Source of the DNA: an uncultured Dehalococcoidales bacterium
GTDB lineage: Bacteria; Chloroflexota; Dehalococcoidia; Dehalococcoidales; UBA2162
DNA length: 33,976 nucleotides
Assembly: GCA_964583115.1 (NCBI GenBank)
Contig: CAZOUZ010000002.1
Coordinates: 1 to 33,976, forward strand
Reading direction: 5' to 3'
Part shown: piece after piece, positions 1 to 8,500 of the stretch
How positions within the stretch are numbered: the first letter of the stretch is position 1
Layout of the letters: the number at the start of each line of letters is the position of its first letter
The notes under the pieces: generated by a model
The model's input: only the letters and a program-made list of their open reading frames with translations
Database searches by the model: none
What the model was told of the DNA's origin: nothing
Position numbers and translations under genes: made by a program

Positions 1-54
1 ACACTGGCAGACAGATTAGGAAACCGCTGCTCTATCCACCTGAGCTACAGGGGC
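1..54 (-). tRNA. Partial tRNA gene, 5' portion only (the 3' part lies left of the window). The anticodon loop TTCCTAA suggests tRNA-Arg(CCU).
   Basis: The reverse complement of 1-54 reads GCCCCTG TA GCTC AGGTGGATA GAGC A GCGGT TTCCTAA TCTGT CTGCCAGTGT. It has a 7-nt acceptor strand, U8/A9, a GCTC/GAGC D-stem with a GG-containing D-loop, and a 7-nt loop with U33 and purine 37. It closely resembles bacterial tRNA-Arg 5' halves. The anticodon stem is weak (G.U, C-G, G.U, G-C, U.U), so the isotype is tentative. Confidence 0.55.
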
Positions 55-156
55 AAGGCAGAAATAATTTTACCAGCATCGGCACAGCAACGCAACAGGG
101 GTATTGCAGGGAGCGCATAAAAGAGAGGGATTTATGCGGGAAGAATAACCTCGGTC

Positions 157-714
157 TTAGTCGAGGGATACCGCGCGGATGACCTCGCCGGTCTGCGACT
201 CGATGTAAAAGGCATCGTTGCCGATTATAGCCAGATTGATAGCGTGAAAATCCTGCCCGGGGGGCAGCCTGCCGCTGAAAAGCGAATTGTATTCGTCCCT
301 GCCGATAATTTCAAAGGAAACTATGAAGCCGTCGGCAAGAGCCCTGCTTTGCAGGGCAAGAGCGTAATCATCGCAGTCCACCTCGCCGCCGGGCGGCTGA
401 AAGTAGACCGTAGCCGTGCTCTCCGCCGCCACCGCCAGCCACTGCCTCAGTTCCTCAAGATTCTCGAAATGGCGAAGCTCTGCCGGCTCACTCCGGATGC
501 TCCCCGTGTCCCGGACCACAGCAACAGGTCTTTCCACATACTGCACCGTGTGACTCTCGACAAGCCGGCACTCGACAGTCGGGCCGATGACCGTACGCAT
601 CTCCGGCTCGAACTCGACTCTGCCGATATTGACGCCGGCACAGAAAGCCAGAGCGAGCGCTCCGGCTGCCAGCAGCACCCTGAAGGCAAAGACAACCCCG
701 TCCGATAGCTGCAC
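157..714 (-). CDS. Membrane-anchored hypothetical protein with a transglutaminase-like / papain-fold Cys-His-acid motif arrangement
   Basis: GTG start at 712-714 preceded by GGAGGT-AGAAG. The N-terminus is hydrophobic (VVFAFRVLLAAGALALAFCAGV). The motif VDCDDYALAL...(about 44 aa)...FHAINLAIIGNDAFYIES resembles the G-D-C-x-D-[YF]-A ... H-A ... D/E layout of transglutaminase-core and BTLCP-type cysteine peptidases. Confidence 0.6.
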   Translation of the reverse strand: MQLSDGVVFAFRVLLAAGALALAFCAGVNIGRVEFEPEMRTVIGPTVECRLVESHTVQYVERPVAVVRDTGSIRSEPAELRHFENLEELRQWLAVAAESTATVYFQPPGGEVDCDDYALALQSRALADGFIVSFEIIGRDEYNSLFSGRLPPGQDFHAINLAIIGNDAFYIESQTGEVIRAVSLD

Positions 715-852
715 CTTCTACCTCCGCCGGGTCCGGTTGATTATTTACGCCCATACAGCATCTCACCGCCGTTTACGGAGATAAATAGTCCATTCGTACC
801 TGAACACATAGGCAATTGGTTCTAAAAAGACTTACCGGGGCGCCGGGCAATG

Positions 853-861
853 TGTTAAAAT
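853..861 (+). promoter_or_regulatory. Candidate extended -10 promoter element (TGtTAAAAT) for folP
   Basis: TGTTAAAAT lies at 853-861, about 33 nt upstream of the folP ATG. There is only a poor -35 (TTACCG). The folP SD GAGGT is at 882-886. Confidence 0.3.
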
Positions 862-893
862 AGCGACTGGACAATCCGTATGAGGTATCAACA

Positions 894-1754
894 ATGAGCC
901 AATCCGGGATGACAAAATGCGGCAATACGGAATTCCGCTGGGGAGAACGCACCTATGTGATGGGGATAATCAACGTCTCCCCGGACTCCTTCTCCGGCGA
1001 CGGGATTACCGACCTCAAAGCCGCCGAAGAGCAGGCGCGCCGCTTCGTCAGCGAAGGCGCCGATATTCTCGATGTCGGCGGCGAGTCTACCCGCCCCGGC
1101 TCGTCATCGGTCCCGATTGACGAGGAAATCAGGCGGGTGGTGCCGGTAATAGAGCGGCTGGCCGGGGAAATAACCGTCCCCCTGAGCGTGGATACGTACA
1201 AGTCGGAAGTCGCCGAGCGGGCGCTGAAGGCCGGGGCAGCAATTATAAACGACCAGTGGGGTCTGAAAAAAGACAGGCGGCTGGCGGAACTTGCCGCCGC
1301 ATATAATGCCCCCCTTATCCTGATGAGCAACCAGCGGGATAAAGGCGGTTTCGATGCCGGAATCCAGCGCGACGTAGCCTACTATGACGACCTGATGGCA
1401 GAGGTAACATCATCGCTTCAAAACAGCATTAAACTGGCACTGGAACTTGGAGTGCCCGAGGAGAACCTGATTGTCGACCCCGGCATCGGCTTCGGCAAGA
1501 CCTGGCGGCAGGAACTAGAAATTATCCGCCGGCTGGACGAGCTTCAAAAACTGAAAAAGCCCATCCTGATAGGACCTTCACGGAAATCATTCATCGGAAT
1601 GGTGCTCGACCTGCCCAGTGCCGAGCGCCTGGAAGGCACCGCCGCCTCCGTAGCCATCGGTATCTCCAAGGGCGCCGACATCGTGCGGGTGCACGATGTA
1701 CAGCAGATGGTGCGGGTCTGCCGGGTGAGCGACGCTATTGTCCGCTGGTCGTAG
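894..1754 (+). CDS. folP: Dihydropteroate synthase
   Basis: Classic DHPS motifs are present: GIINVSPDSFSGDG, DVGGESTRPG, SVDTYK and the pterin-binding C-terminal half (GIGFGKT, GPSRKSF, VRVHDV). Confidence 0.95.
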   Translation: MSQSGMTKCGNTEFRWGERTYVMGIINVSPDSFSGDGITDLKAAEEQARRFVSEGADILDVGGESTRPGSSSVPIDEEIRRVVPVIERLAGEITVPLSVDTYKSEVAERALKAGAAIINDQWGLKKDRRLAELAAAYNAPLILMSNQRDKGGFDAGIQRDVAYYDDLMAEVTSSLQNSIKLALELGVPEENLIVDPGIGFGKTWRQELEIIRRLDELQKLKKPILIGPSRKSFIGMVLDLPSAERLEGTAASVAIGISKGADIVRVHDVQQMVRVCRVSDAIVRWS

Positions 1755-2598
1755 CCTTTACAAACTCCCGGTAGGCATTCATAATTCTCTGAGTAACGGC
1801 ACCCGGACTGCCGGGACCGACAGCCCTGCCTTCAACCTCCACCAGCGGCATAATCTCCATAATCGAGTTGGTCAGGAATGCCTCGTCAGCCCGATAGACT
1901 TCATCAAGACCGATATCCTGCTCAGCAGCACTTATATCTAACTGCGAGGCAATCTCAAGTACCGTTTCCCGGGTAATCCCCGGCAAAATACCGTTCTCTT
2001 CCTTCGGCGTCTTCAATATGCCGCCGCTTACCAGGAAGACGTTGCTCATACTCGCCTCGGCAAGAAAACCCTTATCATTGAGGAAGAGGGCTTCGTCAGC
2101 CCCGGCTTTTTTTGCCTCCTGCCTGACTAACATGCTCTCCAGGTAATTAGCCGACTTCAGCCCCGAGAGCGGCGATTGGCTGTTGCGGCGGATGGAGGAA
2201 ACCACCACCCGGAACCCTTTTTTATAAACCTGTTCCGGGTAGGGATGATAAGCAGTCGCCAGCACCAGCACGGTAGGCTCCTCACAGGAAGCTGGGTCGG
2301 GCACCATCCCGCCCTCGCCGATAGAAACGGCGACCCTGACGCGGGCATTTGAAAGCTTATTTGCCCGGATGGTGTCCATCACCGCCTCTGCCAGTGCCAG
2401 CCCTTCGGTCTTTATTCCCAGCATTTCCATAGCACCAGCCAGGCGGCTCAAGTGCCTCTCCAGGCGGAATACCCTGCCGCCGTAAGCGCGCATCGTCTCG
2501 AAGAGTCCGTAACCATAGAGAAAACCGTAGTCCAGTACAGATATCTTCGCCTGATTTAAGGGCACCAGGGCGCCGTTCAGGTAAACAATCCCGCTCAT
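1735..2598 (-). CDS. pabC: Aminodeoxychorismate lyase (class IV PLP aminotransferase fold)
   Basis: Class IV aminotransferase motifs are present (YGYGLFETMRAY, LKSANYLE, GILPGITR). It lies directly downstream of pabB-pabA. I prefer the ATG at 2596-2598 (MSGIVYLNG...) over the track's GTG at 2619. That ATG has an AAGGGAG SD 7 nt upstream and forms an ATGA overlap with the pabA stop. Confidence 0.8.
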   Translation of the reverse strand: MSGIVYLNGALVPLNQAKISVLDYGFLYGYGLFETMRAYGGRVFRLERHLSRLAGAMEMLGIKTEGLALAEAVMDTIRANKLSNARVRVAVSIGEGGMVPDPASCEEPTVLVLATAYHPYPEQVYKKGFRVVVSSIRRNSQSPLSGLKSANYLESMLVRQEAKKAGADEALFLNDKGFLAEASMSNVFLVSGGILKTPKEENGILPGITRETVLEIASQLDISAAEQDIGLDEVYRADEAFLTNSIMEIMPLVEVEGRAVGPGSPGAVTQRIMNAYREFVKATTSGQ

Positions 2599-3191
2599 AA
2601 GTCCGCTCCCTTCGACCACCTCGGCTGAGTGAAGCCGAGAAAATTGCTCAGCAGAGCGTGACCGGCCTCGGTCATTATAGACTCCGGATGGAACTGCACC
2701 CCCTCGACCACGTAGTCCTTGTGCCGGATACCCATCACCACGCCGTCTTCCGTCTCGGCAGCCAGCGCCAGCGACGAGGGAAGGGTCTCTTTTTTCACCA
2801 CCAGGGAGTGGTAGCGGCCCGCCTCGAAGGGATTATCTATACTTTTATATATCGTCCTGCCGTCATGATAGACCATCGAGCTCTTACCGTGAGTAGGGAC
2901 AGGAGCACGGACGACCTGCCCGCCGTAAACATAGCCGATACACTGGTGTCCCAGGCAGACGCCGAGAATGGGAATCCTCCCGGCAAAACGCCAGATAACA
3001 TCGTTGGAGATACCCGCCTCGAGCGGCGTGCAGGGTCCGGGAGAAATGATGATGTGCGACGGTCCCAGGCTCTCGATTTCGTCAAGGATTATGCTGTCAT
3101 TACGATAGACAGCCGGTTCCCAGCCCAGCTCTCCCAGGTACTGGGCGAGGTTATAGGTGAAAGAATCGTAGTTATCAACGATTATTACCAT
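2595..3191 (-). CDS. pabA: Aminodeoxychorismate/anthranilate synthase glutamine amidotransferase component II
   Basis: Class I GATase triad context is present: GVCLGHQ (Cys) and VQFHPES (His/Glu). It is about 198 aa and sits 2 nt downstream of pabB. Confidence 0.9.
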   Translation of the reverse strand: MVIIVDNYDSFTYNLAQYLGELGWEPAVYRNDSIILDEIESLGPSHIIISPGPCTPLEAGISNDVIWRFAGRIPILGVCLGHQCIGYVYGGQVVRAPVPTHGKSSMVYHDGRTIYKSIDNPFEAGRYHSLVVKKETLPSSLALAAETEDGVVMGIRHKDYVVEGVQFHPESIMTEAGHALLSNFLGFTQPRWSKGADL

Positions 3192-3193
3192 AT

Positions 3194-4636
3194 TTACCCC
3201 GCATTATCCGACGTCACACCGATGGCATCAATCAGCGCCCTCACCTTGTCCAGCGTCTCCTGGTACTCGGACTCAGGGTCGGAATCATATACTACGGCAC
3301 CGCCCGCCTGAAAATAGGCTTTATTCCCCTTTACAATAAAAGTTCGTATTACGATATTGAGGTCGAGGTCGCCGCTAAAGCTCAGGTAGCCGATGCCGCC
3401 GGTATAGACGCTCCTTCTAGTCGGCTCCAGTTCGTCTATAATCTCCATCGAGCGCACCTTGGGGGCTCCGGTGATGGAGCCGCCGGGAAAGGTGGCTTTA
3501 AGCAAATCGATGACCTTCTTCCCCTCTCTGAGCTGTCCGACCACCGTCGAGGTGAGGTGGAAGACGGTAGGAAAAGTCTCCAGAATCGCCAGTTCGGTAA
3601 CTTTTACGCTGCCGTAACGGCATACCCTGCCCAGGTCGTTCCTCTCAAGGTCGACAATCATTATATTCTCCGCCCGGTCTTTTACGCTGCCCACCAGTTC
3701 ATCGGCGTTAGCTTTGTCTTCTTCCAGCGTCTTTCCCCGGGGACGGGTGCCCTTAATCGGGCGCGTCTCCACCCAGTCTCCCCGGACGCGGAGAAATCTC
3801 TCCGGCGAGGCACTGACCACGGTAACCTCGTCGAAACCGAGATAGGCGGCAAAAGGCGCCGGGTTTATCCGGCGCAACCGCTTATACAGCTCGTAAGGAG
3901 TGATAGAAAGCTCAGCCTCGAAGCGCTGAGAGAGGTTCACCTCGAATATATCACCGTTAATAATGTACTGCCGGCACTTCTCGACGGCATCGACATATTC
4001 CCGGTGAGTAAAACCGCCTTTAAGAGCGACCTGCCCGGAAGCGGCTCCCGGCGCAGGCGGCTCCTCCGTAATCAACGGCGGTGCTCCTGCCAGTTTATCC
4101 CTGGTTTCGTCAAGACGCTGTTTAGCCCTCGCCGTTCTTCTGCTCTCCTCCAGTTCCGGGAAGCCGGTGGAGACGATATAAGCCCTGCCCTCAAGATTAT
4201 CGAAGGCAAGCACCAGGTCGTAGAAGCTGAAATAGCATTCGGGCAATTCGAGGTCGTCCAGGGCGGTGCCGGGCAGACGCTCGATAAAGTGACAGAGGTC
4301 GTAGCTGAGATAGCCAACGCCGCCACCGGCGAACGGCACCGGCGAGGCAGGTGAGTCCAGGCGGTATCTCTCCAGTAAGTCCCCCAGCACATCGAAAGGG
4401 TTGGCATTCAAACGTTCCGTCTCAACGCCACGGGTAATGACTACCTCGCTGCCGCGGCTGCTGAGGACGAGAAAAGGGTCGCTGCCGATGAACGAGTAGC
4501 GCCCCAGTTTTTCGGGGTCCATACCGCTGTCAAGGAAAAAGCAGAACCGCCGGTCCCTGAAAAGTTCGAAGGCTTCGGGCGGGGACAGCTCCGTATCTAT
4601 CTCTTCAATCAGCGGACGGCGAGAGTTTTCTACCAT
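3194..4636 (-). CDS. pabB: Aminodeoxychorismate synthase component I
   Basis: Chorismate-binding enzyme motifs are present (FPGGSITGAPK, GGIGYLSFSGDLDLNIVIRT). It has PIKGT (RPIKGTRPRG), with the Lys characteristic of PabB, rather than the PIAGT of TrpE. The operon context is pabA, pabC and adjacent folP. Confidence 0.88.
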   Translation of the reverse strand: MVENSRRPLIEEIDTELSPPEAFELFRDRRFCFFLDSGMDPEKLGRYSFIGSDPFLVLSSRGSEVVITRGVETERLNANPFDVLGDLLERYRLDSPASPVPFAGGGVGYLSYDLCHFIERLPGTALDDLELPECYFSFYDLVLAFDNLEGRAYIVSTGFPELEESRRTARAKQRLDETRDKLAGAPPLITEEPPAPGAASGQVALKGGFTHREYVDAVEKCRQYIINGDIFEVNLSQRFEAELSITPYELYKRLRRINPAPFAAYLGFDEVTVVSASPERFLRVRGDWVETRPIKGTRPRGKTLEEDKANADELVGSVKDRAENIMIVDLERNDLGRVCRYGSVKVTELAILETFPTVFHLTSTVVGQLREGKKVIDLLKATFPGGSITGAPKVRSMEIIDELEPTRRSVYTGGIGYLSFSGDLDLNIVIRTFIVKGNKAYFQAGGAVVYDSDPESEYQETLDKVRALIDAIGVTSDNAG

Positions 4637-4677
4637 AGGAATACATCAACAATTCTGCTTCGAGAACAGACACCTGC

Positions 4678-4706
4678 ATCATACAACCACAGATAATGCC
4701 AGTCAA
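4678..4706 (-). promoter_or_regulatory. Candidate sigma70-type promoter of pabBAC (TTGACT-17-TATGAT on the minus strand)
   Basis: On the minus strand the sequence reads TTGACT (plus 4701-4706), a 17-nt spacer, then TATGAT (plus 4678-4683). This lies about 40 nt upstream of the pabB ATG at 4636. Confidence 0.45.
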
Positions 4707-4714
4707 CGTCCGGT

Positions 4715-4769
4715 ACTTGATTATATATTCAAGTTTTTATATACTACTAATTGAACAACCATTCAATTA
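4715..4769 (+). promoter_or_regulatory. Candidate promoter of the TetR/ABC operon (TTGATT-17-TATACT) with two related palindromes, likely TetR operators
   Basis: The -35 TTGATT is at 4717-4722 and the -10 TATACT at 4740-4745. Palindrome 1, ACTTGA-N8-TCAAGT (4715-4734), overlaps the -35. Palindrome 2, TAATTGAA-CAACCA-TTCAATTA (4748-4769, perfect 8-bp arms), lies just downstream of the -10. Both share a TTGA...TCAA core. Confidence 0.45.
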
Positions 4770-4788
4770 GCGAGGATGGTGGACACCA

Positions 4789-5394
4789 ATGGAGAAACGC
4801 CGGCAGATATTACTAGCAGCACGGCAGGTCGCCGCCAGAGAAGGTTTCCACCGGGCTACCATCCAGAAAATCGCCGCCGAGGCGGGGCTAAAATCGCCTT
4901 CCCTGGTCTACTGGTACTTCAAAAACAAGAAGGAGCTTTTCCAGGCTATGATGGAAGAGCTTTCTCCAATACTTAGCCAGCTACCGAACCTCTGGGATAG
5001 ATTAGACGACCCGCCCGAAGAAGTGCTTTTCTTTATCGGAAGAGGCTATTTAAATACCTTCAACAATCCGGAAGCCAGGCAGCTTTTCCGCATTTTTTTC
5101 TCGGGAGTGACCAGGGAGCCGGATACAGCCAACAGCTTCGCTGAAAAGGCGGTCTTATTGCTCAGCTTTTTAGTCGCCTACCTCGAACACCAGATTGATA
5201 CCGGCAGGCTGCGTCCTCACGATACCCAGAGCAGCGCCCGGTCTTTCATCGGCTCGTTCGTAATCTACATGATTGGAAGCGAGCTATTTTTGCCGCTGCG
5301 TGCCGGTCTGCCGACGCAGGAAGTCTACGCCCGGGAAGTGGTCGACATTTTCCTGAGAGGACTCCGCCCGGATGAAGGGCAGCTATTAAAATAA
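4789..5394 (+). CDS. TetR/AcrR family transcriptional regulator
   Basis: The N-terminal HTH is typical of the family (FHRATIQKIAAEAGLKSPSLVYWYFKNKKELF). It is about 200 aa and is the first gene of the efflux operon. Confidence 0.9.
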   Translation: MEKRRQILLAARQVAAREGFHRATIQKIAAEAGLKSPSLVYWYFKNKKELFQAMMEELSPILSQLPNLWDRLDDPPEEVLFFIGRGYLNTFNNPEARQLFRIFFSGVTREPDTANSFAEKAVLLLSFLVAYLEHQIDTGRLRPHDTQSSARSFIGSFVIYMIGSELFLPLRAGLPTQEVYAREVVDIFLRGLRPDEGQLLK

Positions 5395-5422
5395 AGACAA
5401 GACAAAGCTGAAGGAGGGCAGT

Positions 5423-6520
5423 ATGAAACGAGTCGGGTTGGCAGTGATTATTGTTGTTGTGGTAGCAATTATCGCAACCGGAATATGGTGGTTGTTTACA
5501 TCGTCGTCTTCGGAGAATTCCCATGATATTTCGACCTCCGGATTTATCGAGGCGACGAGCATATCCATTGCCCCGGAAATCGGCGGCCGCATTGTCGAAA
5601 TTACTGCCGGTGAAGGTGACCTGGTTGAAGCCGGTGCTGCCCTGGTAGTGCTGGACGGCTCTCTCCTCAGCGCCCAGAAAGAGCAGGCTGAAGCGGCGGC
5701 AAAAATAGCCCGGGCCGCCCTTGAGCAGACAGAGATTTCCCGGGAACAGGCGGTGCTTTCCGCCGAAGGAGCAAAAAATATCCTGGAGAACGCCCTTGAT
5801 GTGCAGGCAAATCCCCTGGAACTGGAAGCCAGAATCATCGCTGCCCGGGGAGAGGTCGATATTGCCAAAGCGAACTACGATTATATCAAGGGACAGGCCC
5901 TGGTCGACTCGTCCCAGAAAAAAGTTGCCAGGCTCCGCTACGAGGTCGCCCAGGAATTACTGGAGAACCTGCTGACCATCAGGGACAATCCCCAGGAGAT
6001 AAATGCGGCGGTTGAGCAGGCGGCTACCGCCAACAAGACAGCCCGGCAGGCAGTCGAAGCAGCCGGGAAGGCGGTGGAGATAGCCGGGATACAGGTGGAG
6101 CAGGCTGAGGCATCCCTGAAGGTTTACGACATCCAGCTAGGTAAACTCACTCTTTCCTCACCCCTCTCCGGGGTGGTGGCGGAAAGCTACGCCGAAGCCG
6201 GAGAGATAGCCAGAGCGGGCGCTCCCGTCCTTACCGTTACCGTACTCGACGAAGTAACCCTCACCGCCTACATCCCGGAAAGCAAACTCGGGCTGGTGAA
6301 GCCCGGACAGGAAGCGATTGTCTCCGTAGACTCATATCCCGATGAAAGCTTTTCCGGCAAGGTAGTCTATATCTCGCCCGAGGCGCAGTTCACCCCGAGA
6401 AACGTCCAGTTGAAAGAGGAGCGGGAGAAAACGGTCTTTGCCGTCAAAATCAGGCTGGACAATCCGGACATGAAACTGAAACCGGGCATGCCGGCGGATG
6501 CCGTAATATTAACCGATTAA
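5423..6520 (+). CDS. HlyD-family membrane fusion / periplasmic adaptor protein
   Basis: It has an N-terminal TM anchor (VGLAVIIVVVVAIIATGIWWLF), a lipoyl-like hairpin (GRIVEITAGEGDLVEAGAALVVLD), a long Ala/Glu-rich coiled coil and a C-terminal beta-barrel (GMPADAVI). The SD is GAAGGAGGG. Confidence 0.88.
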   Translation: MKRVGLAVIIVVVVAIIATGIWWLFTSSSSENSHDISTSGFIEATSISIAPEIGGRIVEITAGEGDLVEAGAALVVLDGSLLSAQKEQAEAAAKIARAALEQTEISREQAVLSAEGAKNILENALDVQANPLELEARIIAARGEVDIAKANYDYIKGQALVDSSQKKVARLRYEVAQELLENLLTIRDNPQEINAAVEQAATANKTARQAVEAAGKAVEIAGIQVEQAEASLKVYDIQLGKLTLSSPLSGVVAESYAEAGEIARAGAPVLTVTVLDEVTLTAYIPESKLGLVKPGQEAIVSVDSYPDESFSGKVVYISPEAQFTPRNVQLKEEREKTVFAVKIRLDNPDMKLKPGMPADAVILTD

Positions 6521-6539
6521 TGATAGAGGACTGGTATCT

Positions 6540-8498
6540 ATGGAAATTCCGGCTGTCGAAGCCAGAGGACTTCAGAAGAAATACGGAAAAACTCTCGCCG
6601 TAAGCGGGCTCGACCTGAAAGTGGAACGGGGGGAGATATTCGGGTTTGTCGGCGCCGACGGCGCCGGAAAAACAACGACCATCCGGATGCTCTGCACGCT
6701 GAGTCTTCCTTCCGCCGGTGAAGCCAGCATCCTCGGCATGGACACGGTGAAGCAGGCGGGCAGCATCAAGGAAAAAATCGGCTATATGTCGGAGCGGTTC
6801 AACCTGTACCCGACGCTGACCGTAGAGGAAAACATCGACTTCTTCGCCCGGCTGCGCAACCTGCCGCGTGACGTCAGCCGGCAGCGCAAGAAAGAGCTTT
6901 TAAGCTTCTGCCGTCTGGAGCCGTTCCTTCATCGGCAGGCGGAGCACCTCTCCGGGGGTATGCAGAAAAAGCTTGCCCTGGCCTGCAGTCTGATACACGA
7001 GCCGGAAGTAATCTTCCTCGACGAGCCGACCACCGGGGTCGACCCGGTCTCACGGCGCGACTTCTGGAGGATAATCACCGGCTTTTTATCCAGAGGCATA
7101 ACCGTTATAGTGTCCACACCTTACCTCGATGAAGCGGAAAGGTTCAGCAGGGTCGCCTTTATGCATAACGGGGAGATTATCGCCTGCGATACTCCGCAGA
7201 CCCTGAAAGCCGGCCAGGCCGGTGAAATACTCGAAATCAGGGCCGACCCTGCCGGCAAAGCCTTAACAGTACTCAAACAGGCGACTTTTTTCAGTACCCC
7301 CCAGTTATTCGGCGATACCATCCATATTGTCGTAGAAGAGGCGGAAAGGGACGGCGCCGAAGTTAAACGCCTGCTTGAGCAAAATAACGTAGCCATTGAG
7401 AAGATAAGGGCGATACCACCGGGCCTTGAAGACGCTTTCGTTACCCGTCTTGCCGGACTTGAAGAAAAACCGCCGGGCAGGAGTGCGGACAGCCCGGCAG
7501 GCGCTGTAACTGAGGAAAATGCGCCGGGTGATACCGCCATCGAAGTTACCGACCTGACGCGGAAATTCGGCGACTTCACGGCGGTCGACCGGGTGAACTT
7601 TGAAGTCAAGCGGGGTGAAATCTTCGGCCTGCTGGGTCCCAACGGCTCGGGCAAGACGACGACAATCCGGATGATTACCGGACTTCTCAAACCGACATCG
7701 GGCAGCACCGGGGTACTGGGTAAAGATATGGCGGCGGAGACAGGCGCGTTGCGCTCCAAAATGGGCTATATGTCGCAGAAATTCTCCCTCTTCGCCGACC
7801 TCACCGTCGAGGAGAACATAAACCTCTACGGCGGTCTCTACGGACTCACGGCCCCGCAGCTTGAAGAGGGCAAGGACTGGGTGCTGGATATGGCCGGTCT
7901 CGGGGGAAAGGAGAAACTGATGCCCGCCGAGCTGTCCGGAGGCTGGAAACAGCGGCTTGCCCTCGGCTGCACCATCATTCACAGTCCGGAGGTGATTTTC
8001 CTCGACGAGCCGACAGCCGGGGTCGACCCCCTTTCCCGCCGCTCCTTCTGGGAACTTATACAGGAGCTTGCCGCCAGGGGCACCACGATATTCATCACCA
8101 CCCACTATATGGACGAGGCGGAGCACTGCCACCGCCTGGGGCTGTTTTACAACGGGAAACTAATCGCCCTGGGAAGTCCGGAGCAGCTAAAGACGGAGCG
8201 GGTAAAAGGCGAACTTATCGAGGTCATCTGCCCGGACTATTCGAAGGCGCTGGAATTGCTCTCGGCGGACGTCCGCTACCGCCAGCTCAGCCTTTTCGGC
8301 AGCGCCATTCACATCAGGGTTGATAAGTCAAAAACCGCTTCCCCCGAAATCAGGAAGCTCTTGCGAAGCAGCAATATTGAAATATCCGGCATCAGCCGGA
8401 TACCTTTTACTCTTGAGGACATCTTTATCTCGCTGGTCGAAGAGTATGAAGAACAGGAGACAGAGCCGGTTAGCCAGAACGGTAAGAAAGGAGCCTGA
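6540..8498 (+). CDS. ABC transporter ATP-binding protein with two fused ATPase domains (YbhF-like)
   Basis: Both ATPase domains carry complete motif sets: Walker A GADGAGKTT and GPNGSGKTT, signature LSGGMQKK and LSGGWKQR, and Walker B IFLDEPT twice. Confidence 0.93.
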   Translation: MEIPAVEARGLQKKYGKTLAVSGLDLKVERGEIFGFVGADGAGKTTTIRMLCTLSLPSAGEASILGMDTVKQAGSIKEKIGYMSERFNLYPTLTVEENIDFFARLRNLPRDVSRQRKKELLSFCRLEPFLHRQAEHLSGGMQKKLALACSLIHEPEVIFLDEPTTGVDPVSRRDFWRIITGFLSRGITVIVSTPYLDEAERFSRVAFMHNGEIIACDTPQTLKAGQAGEILEIRADPAGKALTVLKQATFFSTPQLFGDTIHIVVEEAERDGAEVKRLLEQNNVAIEKIRAIPPGLEDAFVTRLAGLEEKPPGRSADSPAGAVTEENAPGDTAIEVTDLTRKFGDFTAVDRVNFEVKRGEIFGLLGPNGSGKTTTIRMITGLLKPTSGSTGVLGKDMAAETGALRSKMGYMSQKFSLFADLTVEENINLYGGLYGLTAPQLEEGKDWVLDMAGLGGKEKLMPAELSGGWKQRLALGCTIIHSPEVIFLDEPTAGVDPLSRRSFWELIQELAARGTTIFITTHYMDEAEHCHRLGLFYNGKLIALGSPEQLKTERVKGELIEVICPDYSKALELLSADVRYRQLSLFGSAIHIRVDKSKTASPEIRKLLRSSNIEISGISRIPFTLEDIFISLVEEYEEQETEPVSQNGKKGA

Positions 8499-8500
8499 CA

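Noticed and set aside
244-708. 154-aa plus-strand ORF overlapping the 157..714 minus-strand gene
   Set aside because: The minus-strand frame has a strong GGAGGT SD, a hydrophobic N-terminal anchor and a coherent Cys/His motif pattern. The plus-strand frame is Arg/Pro-rich with no SD.
715-893. Possible folate (THF) riboswitch or other leader upstream of folP
   Set aside because: I could not recognise THF-I/THF-II consensus elements or a convincing conserved pseudoknot or hairpin. The region is adequately explained by a promoter plus SD. An Rfam scan would settle it.
7121-8132. Minus-strand ORFs 7121..7759 and 7305..8132 inside the ABC ATPase gene
   Set aside because: They overlap a CDS carrying two complete Walker A/signature/Walker B sets. 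Their own translations are Ser/Pro/Arg-rich with no motifs.
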